64,000 nucleotides of DNA from Candidatus Heimdallarchaeota archaeon (GCA_019057815.1 JAHLWR010000002.1:96001-160000); one strand, 5' to 3'. Shown: positions 50,015-59,826, counted from the first letter of the stretch. A program made the numbers and translations. Notes: generated from the sequence alone by a model not told the origin.

Positions 50015-50746
50015 TTGTCAGTTTTCAATAAGGTTGTGATTCAAATAGAGGTTAAATTACTTTCTTATCCTTCAGAAATGGAATTAGTAGCAAAAATAGG
50101 GGCGGCTATTTGTTATTTGGGAAAACAAAAGTTTAGTGAAATTGAAGAAATCGCAAAAAACAAGCCAGATAGTTATTTACAGGAAATTATCAAGTCGAGA
50201 CATCTCTCGATTATTGAACATAACGTTTTTGTTTTTTACATCTCAGGTATAAGTAGAGTCGCCAGTCATCAGTTAGTGAGAAAAAGAATCGCTTCCTTCA
50301 GTCAACAATCACAGCGATACGTCAATGCATCGAATTTTGAATTCGTAACTCCTAATGAAATTGAAGGATCTCAATTCGCTGAAGAATATAAACAAACTGC
50401 AAAGAGAAATTTTGATCTTTACCAAAAAATGGTTAATGCAGGAGTGTCAAAAGAAACTGCGAGATATGTACTACCTAATGCTACAACAACACAACTTATA
50501 GTATCAATGAATGCACATGCGTTGATTGATTTTTTTGCTCAACGTTGTTGCAATCGAAGTCAAGGTGAAACACAAGAAATTGCTATGAAAATGTTAGAAG
50601 AAGTAAAACTCGTTTCTCCCACTATTTTCAAAGAAGCTGGAGCATTTTGCGATTTTTATGGTTATTGTCCTGAAAACTCAAATTCTTGTGGAAAGTCACT
50701 CACACTTTCCCAATTAAAGGAACAAAATAAGAACAAACAGCTATAA
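50015..50746 (+). CDS. thyX: FAD-dependent thymidylate synthase
   Basis: HLSIIEH, ISRVASHQLVRKR..SFSQQSQRY, ETARYVLP, MNAH, QRCC..SQGE. Confidence 0.92.
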   Translation: MSVFNKVVIQIEVKLLSYPSEMELVAKIGAAICYLGKQKFSEIEEIAKNKPDSYLQEIIKSRHLSIIEHNVFVFYISGISRVASHQLVRKRIASFSQQSQRYVNASNFEFVTPNEIEGSQFAEEYKQTAKRNFDLYQKMVNAGVSKETARYVLPNATTTQLIVSMNAHALIDFFAQRCCNRSQGETQEIAMKMLEEVKLVSPTIFKEAGAFCDFYGYCPENSNSCGKSLTLSQLKEQNKNKQL

Positions 50747-50747
50747 A

Positions 50748-51563
50748 TTATTCGGATATTTTAACTCTCTTTATACTCTCATCTTGATTTTCTGGAATAG
50801 ATGTTTTTTTCATCATTGTTTTTGGCAAAACAGCGCTGGCTCTAATCAACAAAACAGAGTATAAGATTGCCATAATAATTAAAGCTGGTCGAACATTTAA
50901 TTCTGCTATTGCATTTGAAGGTATCATGAAATAAATTAGGAAAGCATAACCTACACCCAAAAGTGTCAGAAGTGTTAAAATAATAAAGGGCCATAGAAAA
51001 CCTCCTAACATATTAGATAATTTTCGCCAAAAACTAGTAGATGCTATTTTTTTGAACTCAAAATCGGTTTTTATTAGATTCTGTTTATATTGTTCGAGTT
51101 GGTTTCTTGAATAATTACTGCGAGGTCTAATAATATCAAAATCGCTTTTGAAATATTCCATGTAGAAGAAAGTCGTAAAAAGACGAATAACGATGAAAAG
51201 ACCGATAATTATTTGCCAAAGAATAATTTCAATTCTTCCAAAAGTACCTTGAAAGAATATGGAATCAAAGTTCACTAAAAACATAGATACAATTGTCCCA
51301 AAAATTAATAGAAAACCAAATCTTAAGTAAGAAGCTGTTCCAATGGATTCATTACTAAAGAAATCTAGTGATACACTTATAACTCCCAGTAATAACCAAA
51401 TAGCGAATGGTATATAATTAAGACTTATTGCAGATTGAATAATTATTAATGCAAAAGTAATAGCTCCAGAGATGTGATGAGTTGAACGAGCTCTATTACT
51501 ACCTCTAACTGAAAGAAAAATTTTTTCCCAATCTTCTTCAAATGTACGATCACGGATTCTCAT
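50748..51563 (-). CDS. Polytopic membrane protein, last gene of MoxR module 2
   Basis: About 6 TMs; 4 nt after the DUF58 gene. Confidence 0.7.
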   Translation of the reverse strand: MRIRDRTFEEDWEKIFLSVRGSNRARSTHHISGAITFALIIIQSAISLNYIPFAIWLLLGVISVSLDFFSNESIGTASYLRFGFLLIFGTIVSMFLVNFDSIFFQGTFGRIEIILWQIIIGLFIVIRLFTTFFYMEYFKSDFDIIRPRSNYSRNQLEQYKQNLIKTDFEFKKIASTSFWRKLSNMLGGFLWPFIILTLLTLLGVGYAFLIYFMIPSNAIAELNVRPALIIMAILYSVLLIRASAVLPKTMMKKTSIPENQDESIKRVKISE

Positions 51564-51567
51564 CTTT

Positions 51568-52959
51568 TTATACCCTTATAGCTTCTCTAATTATTCGTTG
51601 TGTGGGAGAGTATTTCTTCATCAAACGGTAAAGTGACAAAATGATATTATCATCATAACCCTTTACATCAACAAAGTCCCCACCAACAGTAAAGAGGATT
51701 TCTCTGACAAGTATTTCCCTTTGTTTATATTCATCTTTTACCAAACTTGGTAATACATTTCCCAGTATCTGATTATACTCCTTGTGTATAGATTGATTTT
51801 GCAACCATTCAGGTGATGACAACAGATTGAAACCCATAGTTGAAAAATTAACAAAAATTATTCGACTTGCCATGGATCTTAGAAGCTGTAATCCACGCAA
51901 TTTTTGTGTGATGTCTCCTTCTAAATCGGAAAAAATGATAGCAATAGAATGGTGTAATTGTTGGTTTTTTACAAAATTTATAGCTCTTATAAGGTTACTC
52001 TGAATACCTGTAGGCTCTAAATCGTACAAATTAAGCATTAGTTTTAACTCGTCTTTCCCAACCTGTGGAACAATATATCTTTGTACTTCTTCTTCATAGG
52101 CTATTATAGCCAAATCATGTTGTGTTCCTTGTATCAGTGATGAAAGTTCAACAACTGATGAGAGAGCATAGTCAAACTTAGGTCCAAACATATTACTACC
52201 AAGGTCTAGAAAAATAAGAAAATGGAGATTCTTCTGATCCTCAAATTCTTTGGATATTAGCTTATCTTGTCTAGCTGTTGCAAACCAATGAATATGTTTA
52301 AAATGGTCTCCTAGTTGATATTCACGTAGTGAATGAAATTCATCACCTCTCCCTTTAATTCTATGAGCAAATTCATGAATCATTTTAAGGAGGAGATCTT
52401 TCTTCGTTTTCCAGGGGATATAAGTTCTAGGCCGTTGAGGAAGAACTTTGATAGATTTAATATCCCCTAATATTCTTCGATTTATAAATATACTTTGAAA
52501 GGGGCTCAATGAGATTTCGATTGGACCAACACTTCCACTACCTCTTCTAGCCGCCAAAAGTAACCAGTGTATTTTTTTGGATTCTTTGGGTTGAATCCTT
52601 ATGTTTAAGGTTTCAGGAGTGTCTATACACGTAAAGTGGTACGAGTAACTCAGTGTGATTCGAACAAACCTTGGTTTTTCAGCAGTATTTGTTATTTCAG
52701 CAGCAATAGCTATAAGTCCCCTATTTCTAACATATTCTTTCGAAAGTTTGATTGACACATTAAATTCTACATTTCTATTCGAAAGAAAATAAATAAAAGC
52801 TGAAGAAATAATCAACCAAAAGAAGCATCCAGGGATTATAAAAAGAAAATTATCAATTGCCAAACCTAGAATCACAGAAATACTCGACAACAACAAAAAG
52901 GTCTTACCATTCTTTGTTAATTCTATGTTCGCTTTACTATTCATAGGATTTTTCCTCAT
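51568..52959 (-). CDS. DUF58 (vWA-like) protein with degenerate MIDAS
   Basis: GDEFHSLREYQLGD, IHWFATAR, SKEFE, LDLGSNM, FSDL. Confidence 0.88.
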   Translation of the reverse strand: MRKNPMNSKANIELTKNGKTFLLLSSISVILGLAIDNFLFIIPGCFFWLIISSAFIYFLSNRNVEFNVSIKLSKEYVRNRGLIAIAAEITNTAEKPRFVRITLSYSYHFTCIDTPETLNIRIQPKESKKIHWLLLAARRGSGSVGPIEISLSPFQSIFINRRILGDIKSIKVLPQRPRTYIPWKTKKDLLLKMIHEFAHRIKGRGDEFHSLREYQLGDHFKHIHWFATARQDKLISKEFEDQKNLHFLIFLDLGSNMFGPKFDYALSSVVELSSLIQGTQHDLAIIAYEEEVQRYIVPQVGKDELKLMLNLYDLEPTGIQSNLIRAINFVKNQQLHHSIAIIFSDLEGDITQKLRGLQLLRSMASRIIFVNFSTMGFNLLSSPEWLQNQSIHKEYNQILGNVLPSLVKDEYKQREILVREILFTVGGDFVDVKGYDDNIILSLYRLMKKYSPTQRIIREAIRV

Positions 52960-52964
52960 TCATA

Positions 52965-53909
52965 TTAGATAACAACATGTACTTCTGAAAGTATGTTCTC
53001 AATTATTTCTGAGACCCTTATTTGCTCAATTTCAGCTTCAGGAGAGAGTATGAGTCTATGATTCATAACTGGAAAGAAAATTGATTTTATATCATCTGGT
53101 TCTATGTAATCTCTACCTCTTATTGCTGCTATTGCTCTACTTAGAGTCATGAGAGCTATAGAGCCACGAGGGCTAGATCCTAACGAAAGAGAGGGTATCG
53201 AACGTGTTGCCACTACTAAATTTGATATGTATTCCATTATTTGATCGCTAACTACAACATCTTTTTCTATTTCGTGTTTTAGTTTGCTAATTGTATTTTG
53301 ATCAGTCACTTGCTCAATATCAGCAAACATCTTCACTTTCTTCATTTTTAGCATAGCAATTTCCCCTTCCAAATCTGGTGGGTAAACTGGAATTTTTACT
53401 AAGAAACGATCAATTTGAGCTTCAGGGAGCGGATATACACCTGTTAATTCAATAGGGTTTTGAGTTGCAATAACTATAAAGGGTTCAGGAAGTTTGTGTG
53501 TTTCTTGCCCAACTGACACTTGTCGTTCTTGCATCGCTTCTAATAATGCGGATTGTGTCTTTGGAGGGCTACGATTTATTTCATCAGCAAGAAGAATATT
53601 TGTAAATACAGGTCCTTTAAAGAAGCTAAATGAACTTGTTTCTCTTTCAAAAATAAGCCCTCCTGAGATATCAGTAGGCATCATATCACTTGTGAATTGT
53701 ATTCGTGTAAAATCCATCTTCATAGTTTCTGCTAGTGTACTAGCCATTAGCGTTTTAGCTATCCCAGGAACACCTTCAAGCAGACAATGCCCGCCAGCTA
53801 ACATTGTAGCAAACATTAACTCAATGACATTTTCATTCTGCACTATACGTTTTCGCATTTCACCCATAATATTCTCAAAAATATCCTTTGCTTCATTTAC
53901 TTTAGTCAT
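52965..53909 (-). CDS. moxR: MoxR-family AAA+ ATPase (second copy)
   Basis: GHCLLEGVPGIAKT, LADEINRSPPKTQSALLEAMQE, ATQNPIE, LPEAQIDRF. Confidence 0.96.
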   Translation of the reverse strand: MTKVNEAKDIFENIMGEMRKRIVQNENVIELMFATMLAGGHCLLEGVPGIAKTLMASTLAETMKMDFTRIQFTSDMMPTDISGGLIFERETSSFSFFKGPVFTNILLADEINRSPPKTQSALLEAMQERQVSVGQETHKLPEPFIVIATQNPIELTGVYPLPEAQIDRFLVKIPVYPPDLEGEIAMLKMKKVKMFADIEQVTDQNTISKLKHEIEKDVVVSDQIMEYISNLVVATRSIPSLSLGSSPRGSIALMTLSRAIAAIRGRDYIEPDDIKSIFFPVMNHRLILSPEAEIEQIRVSEIIENILSEVHVVI

Positions 53910-55187
53910 TTACATCAACCTTTTCCTTTTCTGAATCTCTTCCAATTTTGAAAACAGATAGATGAATGTATCATAATCTATCTTTCTAATAATCATTTCT
54001 TCAAACAGTTCTTTCTCCTCTTTAGTTAATAATAATGGTTTAATATAACTTAGCTTTTGCTGAAGATATAAGTTAAAAGCCTGGGGATGTAGTTCGTATT
54101 GAAAATATAAAGAAAAAAGAATCTTCTCTTCAACAGTAGGTTTAACAACTTGTCCAAATGTATCATATAATTCTCGTCCCCTGCTCCAGATTTTATTGGA
54201 CAAAAAATTACGGTATGATTCTGTTGGTTTAAATAATTTCTGTATCCTTGGAGCAAAATAATACAATATTAAAAGTAGGAGAACAACAATAAATATTAGT
54301 AATTGTGATTTTGATAGCAAGACTAAATTTCCATAAGATTGGTTTATTATTCCTTCTGTAGATCTTAAAGGCCACTTTTTGTGGCTCTCCTCAAAACATA
54401 CTAAGCTTGGTTTTTCTGGTGATAAAATACTTAAATAATATCTGATGAGATCAATATTACCATAAAATTTCGTATAAAGATCATTGACCAAGAAGCTTGA
54501 AGAAGTTATAGCTATTATTATTCCTCTTCCTCTTCTTATCACAGTACCAATTTTGTGGAGTTGTGTTCTTTCCATTAAAACTGACCAAATTCCATCATTA
54601 TTAGAGTCTATAAACGTGGTTCCTGCTGTAACTATATTCCCAATTTCTCTTTGATTTCTATCACTAGCTATTTCTAGAATAGCTTTTGGCTTAACAAAGC
54701 AGAGAGTATCATTAATCTCTGTAGAATTTACAAGTATGATTTCAGGTGATTTGTAATAGTGAACTGTCTCAAAAAGACTTAATCCGGAATAAATTATACC
54801 AAAATACGCAGCTAAACCTGCAACTACTCCATCTCCCCCAAGTAGAACAAGAGTACCACCTCTCAAGACAAAAGAATCAATAATTGCTCTCTCTGGATTA
54901 CGATAAGTCTTTGTACCACCCGCTATCACTAAAGTTGAAGTAGAGTTAAGGTCCATAATAGGATCTGTTGATAACAGGGTTCTCGAAATATTATAACCAT
55001 CATGAAATAACAATGCATCAACATAAGACATACCGTCAGGACCTCTATTTTCGATCGAATATGGGGGAGGAGAACTTGCAAAGTTTATACTTAAAGGGAG
55101 AAGAATAACCACAAATAGAATTATTGTTTGAATTAGTACTTTGAACAGAGGAAAATTTTGAGCACTATAAAGATTTTTCAGTTTCAT
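53910..55187 (-). CDS. DUF4350 membrane-anchored protein (second copy)
   Basis: YSIENRGPDGMS, GGTLVL, GRGIII, FEESH, second TM. Confidence 0.78.
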   Translation of the reverse strand: MKLKNLYSAQNFPLFKVLIQTIILFVVILLPLSINFASSPPPYSIENRGPDGMSYVDALLFHDGYNISRTLLSTDPIMDLNSTSTLVIAGGTKTYRNPERAIIDSFVLRGGTLVLLGGDGVVAGLAAYFGIIYSGLSLFETVHYYKSPEIILVNSTEINDTLCFVKPKAILEIASDRNQREIGNIVTAGTTFIDSNNDGIWSVLMERTQLHKIGTVIRRGRGIIIAITSSSFLVNDLYTKFYGNIDLIRYYLSILSPEKPSLVCFEESHKKWPLRSTEGIINQSYGNLVLLSKSQLLIFIVVLLLLILYYFAPRIQKLFKPTESYRNFLSNKIWSRGRELYDTFGQVVKPTVEEKILFSLYFQYELHPQAFNLYLQQKLSYIKPLLLTKEEKELFEEMIIRKIDYDTFIYLFSKLEEIQKRKRLM

Positions 55188-55189
55188 TG

Positions 55190-55957
55190 TTAGCTATCCT
55201 TTAGTGATTTTTCATAAATTTGTATTTCATATCTTGATTTACTAAGTGCTTGCATGGTTAGAAGTTTTTCAATGAATAGTATCAAATCTTCATGTTTCAT
55301 CTCAGCGAGCTGATATCTTGCAGAATAGAAGAGACTGATTATTACATCAATATGTTCAATAATTTCTGGTAAATCAAGTGAGAGAATGAATTCTTTTGGC
55401 GTTAGAAAATTCTCTCTCTTCTTACCAATCATTTTTCGCATATTTTGATCTAGCTTGTGATATCCATAGATAATACCTTCAGCATAACTGCCTTTTTGAA
55501 GAAACTCACTAAGAATATCAATTAGAGTTTTAATATGTGTTTGAAACTTATCTCTTCGCGAATCAATAATTGTTTTTTTCACTACGGATGACGAAGAAAT
55601 CATTCGTCTATCTTCAGTTCGTTTTCTGAGGGTCAAAGCAACAGCTAAAACAAGTAAAATCACTCCTATAATTACAGGGATAATTTGCGGTGATATTAAG
55701 GGTTCTTTGTTAAACTCAACAGGTTTTTCTGGAATTTCTGGTCCTGAAGAAGGAACAGTAGGAGCAGTTGGTGTAGAAGTAGAAGAAGAGGGAGAGGTAG
55801 AAGAAGATGTAGTTTGGTCTGTACTTTGAAGAGATGTTGATTCAACATCATCTAAACTCACATAACTTTCTTGTGAGCTGTTAGCTAAAATAAAAATAAC
55901 TATACAAGCTATTATAATCCAGATTTTTGTGTTGAAAAATTTCTTAACATTGTTCAC
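55190..55957 (-). CDS. DUF4129 protein with S/T/P-rich linker and TM
   Basis: N-terminal TM, TSSSTSPSSST linker, TM, LTPKEF...FYSARY. Confidence 0.72.
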   Translation of the reverse strand: MNNVKKFFNTKIWIIIACIVIFILANSSQESYVSLDDVESTSLQSTDQTTSSSTSPSSSTSTPTAPTVPSSGPEIPEKPVEFNKEPLISPQIIPVIIGVILLVLAVALTLRKRTEDRRMISSSSVVKKTIIDSRRDKFQTHIKTLIDILSEFLQKGSYAEGIIYGYHKLDQNMRKMIGKKRENFLTPKEFILSLDLPEIIEHIDVIISLFYSARYQLAEMKHEDLILFIEKLLTMQALSKSRYEIQIYEKSLKDS

Positions 55958-56918
55958 CCTTTATCTCACCTCTGTTCACTTCTTCAATTATTGATTCACT
56001 TTGTTGAATAAAAGCATACACTTTACATAGACTCCACATTCCTGATACACATATTTGGAGTTTGTGCGATGCGGTTTTATAACCTAGATAAGAACACCTT
56101 TGTTCCTCAAAATAAGGACAAACGTTAGTTTGTCTTATCTTTATCATTGCTTCAAGCTTTCTATTTAGATATATCATAGAAAATGCTTTTGTCTTTTTAG
56201 TTGCTTCATAATTTGAACCACTACGATCAAAAATAGTAACGACTGAAACTGGTGTTTCAGGAAGAATTTCAGGAGAATAAACAACTTTGGAACCTTTCTT
56301 TGGAAATATAAGATAAGAAAGTTTTCTACCAAGTATTGTACCTAGATAACCGCCAACAGCGCTGAAAATAAGAAAACTCGCCGTAAACATGAAAATAAAG
56401 CTGAAGAAAAGAAAATTAGGCAAAATTGAGGCTATTAGGTCTATATTTGAAGTTGTAAATAAGAAGATTTGTGATATATATAATAGAACAACGAAGAGAA
56501 AAGAAAGTAGTGAACTAATTAAAACTAAATCTATAGCATCTTTTTCCCATACAATTCCAGTTACCAAACCAGCAATGAAAAACGGAATTAAGGTATTAAT
56601 AATAATTCCATTAATAAATTCCATTATATTTTGCGCTTCGAATGTTATAGAGAAAGGCAAGAATAAGATTTCATCTGGTGACCAAACAAGATTTTCTATT
56701 ACATAGTTATTTTGAAGGGAAAAAAAGAATATTGAAAAGAATATTGAAATACCATAACTAAGGGAGAGATAAAATGAACCCCTCAATATAAGATTCGTAA
56801 AGTACTCTTTCCTACCACGTTTACCTCTATGAGGGAATAATACTTTAAGAAACACTTCCTTCATTGGTTTGTTGGATGGATGTGTTTTAGCACTTCTAGA
56901 ATTTTTGTGATTACTCAT
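55944..56918 (-). CDS. Membrane protein with C-terminal Cys cluster
   Basis: Likely start ATG 56918 (MSNHK), overlapping the PrsW stop (ATGA); about 4 TMs; CPY...C...C...W..C. Confidence 0.65.
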   Translation of the reverse strand: MSNHKNSRSAKTHPSNKPMKEVFLKVLFPHRGKRGRKEYFTNLILRGSFYLSLSYGISIFFSIFFFSLQNNYVIENLVWSPDEILFLPFSITFEAQNIMEFINGIIINTLIPFFIAGLVTGIVWEKDAIDLVLISSLLSFLFVVLLYISQIFLFTTSNIDLIASILPNFLFFSFIFMFTASFLIFSAVGGYLGTILGRKLSYLIFPKKGSKVVYSPEILPETPVSVVTIFDRSGSNYEATKKTKAFSMIYLNRKLEAMIKIRQTNVCPYFEEQRCSYLGYKTASHKLQICVSGMWSLCKVYAFIQQSESIIEEVNRGEIKGEQC

Positions 56919-58609
56919 TTTATCCCCTCGCTCAAAATTAGTTTTGACCCAGAAATAACTTTTATAAGATAAGCAATACTTACAAAGAAAATCACCATCA
57001 CACAAATCAGGCTAGTAAAGCCATATAGAAAACGAAAAGAGAAGATCAGTACTAATGCGAAAACACCCATATATAGTGAGGATACAATAAGAGAAAGTAC
57101 AACAATTGACGTGACAATTATTGAACTTAACATTGATTGGACTCTATTTTTAGCAGAAAAAAACCACACAAATGTGATTAGAAGAGCTAATAAAATTGCT
57201 ACAATAAAGACTACATATCCAAGAAAAGAAACGGAACTTTGTATATCCATAAAGACAAATAACAAACTTATCAAAATCCCTACAATAATAACTCTAGTAA
57301 AACCGACTGAAAAGCTCACATAAAGCGGTGGAAACGATGAATTCATTTTGTCATATAATGTTGTTACTTCTCTACCACAAGACCAACAATTTCTTGCAAA
57401 AGCAGGAACTAGTTGATTACAATTATTACATTGCAGTTTTGGGAAGAACCAACATAAATCACAGTATTCGCTATTATAATTTCTTGTAAAACAGTTTGAA
57501 CATAAAAACTCCTTTTCAGATTCTTTATACAAGTATGGGTACTTTGGTTTTGATTTTAACACTTTTGCAAGTTTTCCACTTTTATCTCTAAGGACTGGGC
57601 ATTCAGATGACATATGCTCTGTGAAACAAAACAAACAGTATTTTGGAATTTTTATTAACAATATTAGTGCAAAAAAAATGTATAGAACATATGAGCTGTA
57701 ATTCATAATAGATAGTGCAGTTAAATTCTCATTAACTACTGAATAATAATTTACTAAACCATGAAAACCGGTACCTAAAAAAAGGAAAACACTAAAAATG
57801 AGAATCCTTACTTTTTTCGGGTAACTTCTGCCTATGAAAATTATTCCAATCCCTAGTGCAACAATCATTGAAGAAACACTATGAAGAGGATAGATTGTCC
57901 TACCAAAAAGTAAAGAGCTGATCACAAAGTTTGTAGAAAGAGTTGAATAAGACAAAAATTGTTCTATTAAGTCGAACCATGCACCAAAAAAACCACCAAG
58001 AAAGACAGCCATTCTTAGAGAGGGTACTAAACGAGTCTCATAGTTAAATTCTTCATGGGAAAGACGAGCATAATTTCCTAATAACATTACTACCGGAAAA
58101 ATTTTTGCTATCTCTTCTATAAGAGGGATTACAATAGCGTAAAACACATGTTGTATCTTTTGAGGAGTTAAAGGGGATATGTTCATCTGGTTAAGTACAG
58201 AATTTATTACAATAAAAAGGGAAAAAGCCTTATTTTCTATAACAACAGAAAAATAAGCAGTTAAGATACCAAGTATCATTAACAGGGGAAATATCAATTT
58301 AATTATTGACGACTCTGTTTTAGTAATTGAGATACTAAAAACTAGAAATAGTGTGATTACCCAGAATAGAAATCCTAGTATGAGAAATGAGACAACATAG
58401 ACTGGGAAATAAGGGGTATTAACGACATTGTAAGATATGTTGAGAAGAAGGATTATAATGGCAACTAGAATACCAACTATAATTGCTTTAATTAGGGTTG
58501 AAAAGGAAATTATTTTTCCATTAAGTTGAAAATTAAACAATGATTCATCAGTAGACCTATCCCTAAACAACTCAGCTTTTGATACAGGTTTATCACTATT
58601 TTCAATCAT
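56915..58609 (-). CDS. PrsW-family glutamic intramembrane protease fused to zinc ribbons and extra TMs
   Basis: PLIEEIAK, FDLIEQ, PLH, FHGLVN; CxxC pairs CLFC, CSNC, CDLC, CNNC, CWSC. Confidence 0.82.
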   Translation of the reverse strand: MIENSDKPVSKAELFRDRSTDESLFNFQLNGKIISFSTLIKAIIVGILVAIIILLLNISYNVVNTPYFPVYVVSFLILGFLFWVITLFLVFSISITKTESSIIKLIFPLLMILGILTAYFSVVIENKAFSLFIVINSVLNQMNISPLTPQKIQHVFYAIVIPLIEEIAKIFPVVMLLGNYARLSHEEFNYETRLVPSLRMAVFLGGFFGAWFDLIEQFLSYSTLSTNFVISSLLFGRTIYPLHSVSSMIVALGIGIIFIGRSYPKKVRILIFSVFLFLGTGFHGLVNYYSVVNENLTALSIMNYSSYVLYIFFALILLIKIPKYCLFCFTEHMSSECPVLRDKSGKLAKVLKSKPKYPYLYKESEKEFLCSNCFTRNYNSEYCDLCWFFPKLQCNNCNQLVPAFARNCWSCGREVTTLYDKMNSSFPPLYVSFSVGFTRVIIVGILISLLFVFMDIQSSVSFLGYVVFIVAILLALLITFVWFFSAKNRVQSMLSSIIVTSIVVLSLIVSSLYMGVFALVLIFSFRFLYGFTSLICVMVIFFVSIAYLIKVISGSKLILSEGIK

Positions 58610-58746
58610 AACATATTTTCACTTTACAGAGTATTGCTATTCATAAAACTATCAAACAGTAAAGATATCTTATATTGAACACTTAAAACTCTTTTCAAGA
58701 ATAAAGAAATTGATTTATATGAGAGAAAAAAAAAGAAAATTTCTTT

Positions 58747-58995
58747 TTATTCAATAAGAGCAGCTTCAGTTATATCTCCAATTGCTTTTATTAGGAAGAA
58801 TAAGAATATGACACAAGAACCTACTAGAATAGCTATTTGTGGTCCTCTTCCAAAAGCTAAAGGGTATCCGACACTACCAAAATAAAGCGTATCTGAACTC
58901 CCAATAATAATTGAAAATAGTATACCTATTAATGAAGCTGTAAGTGGGATAAACCAAAATAAAGTTACTTTCAATGCTTGAAGAACGCCTACCAT
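58747..58995 (-). CDS. Small 2-TM membrane protein
   Basis: Strong SD AGGAGG; oligo-T tract downstream. Confidence 0.65.
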   Translation of the reverse strand: MVGVLQALKVTLFWFIPLTASLIGILFSIIIGSSDTLYFGSVGYPLAFGRGPQIAILVGSCVIFLFFLIKAIGDITEAALIE

Positions 58996-59106
58996 TTTTT
59001 GACCTCCTAAGATTTACTCTTAGTACTTACACAGCTCTTTAACCATTGAATCTTTTAAATGTTTGTTTATTTCTTACTTTTTGAGCAAAAATAAAGTAAA
59101 AATGTA

Positions 59107-59826
59107 TCATAACAGTTTTGTAAGCCTGTCAATTTTCTTCTTAATTTCTTCAACACGCCCTACAGCACCAGATAACTGGTAATTTTGTAGTGCTTCTGTA
59201 TAATACTTTAATGCCATTTCTGTCTTTTCATCTTCTATAAACAAGCCATTATAATATGCAAGGTGAGCTTTTATAATTGGTTCATCAGAACCTTTTTCAC
59301 CTATTAGTTCAACAGCTTTCTTAAGGAAACCCTTTCTTCCTGAAATTGTTTTCTCTGCTGCAGCGCGGGATATATAGGATTTGGCTTTACAATCTAGCTC
59401 TTCTGCTGTGTTCCCAATTCTTTGAAAAGATATAGCTGCACGCTCAAAAAAAGAAGCAGCTTCAACAAATTTTTTTTCTTTCATCACTTGCCTTGCAATT
59501 ACAAGAAGAATTTTAGCTTGTTTTTCATGCACTCGTTGGAGTTCTGAGTCCATACTTAAACGTAGATAAAAGCCACCAGACCGTCCAAGATAATTTGCAG
59601 ATTCCAAAGCTTTATTTTCTTTAATTGATAGGTTTCCCAAGTACTCATAATACAAAGCTCTCGCTAAATCCAATTTTCTCCTATCTTCTTCCCCCTTCAG
59701 AATTTCTATAGCTTGCTCCGCAAGATTTGAAGCCTCTTTAAATTGTTTTCTTTGTGCAGCTAAACGAGCTTTCCCTAATTGTTCATTAGCTTTTTCTGTT
59801 ACTGATTTTCTTAATCCTTTAAACAA
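59107..59826 (-). CDS. TPR/alpha-SNAP-like helical repeat protein
   Basis: Repeats such as FKEASNLAEQA, FVEAASFFERAAISFQRIG, ALKYYTEALQNYQ; SD GAGGTG. Confidence 0.65.
   Translation of the reverse strand: MFKGLRKSVTEKANEQLGKARLAAQRKQFKEASNLAEQAIEILKGEEDRRKLDLARALYYEYLGNLSIKENKALESANYLGRSGGFYLRLSMDSELQRVHEKQAKILLVIARQVMKEKKFVEAASFFERAAISFQRIGNTAEELDCKAKSYISRAAAEKTISGRKGFLKKAVELIGEKGSDEPIIKAHLAYYNGLFIEDEKTEMALKYYTEALQNYQLSGAVGRVEEIKKKIDRLTKLL

Noticed and set aside
56919-57005. N-terminal extension MCDGDFLCKYC of ORF 55944-57005
   Set aside because: Overlaps the PrsW coding end; ATG 56918 with an ATGA overlap is the more plausible start
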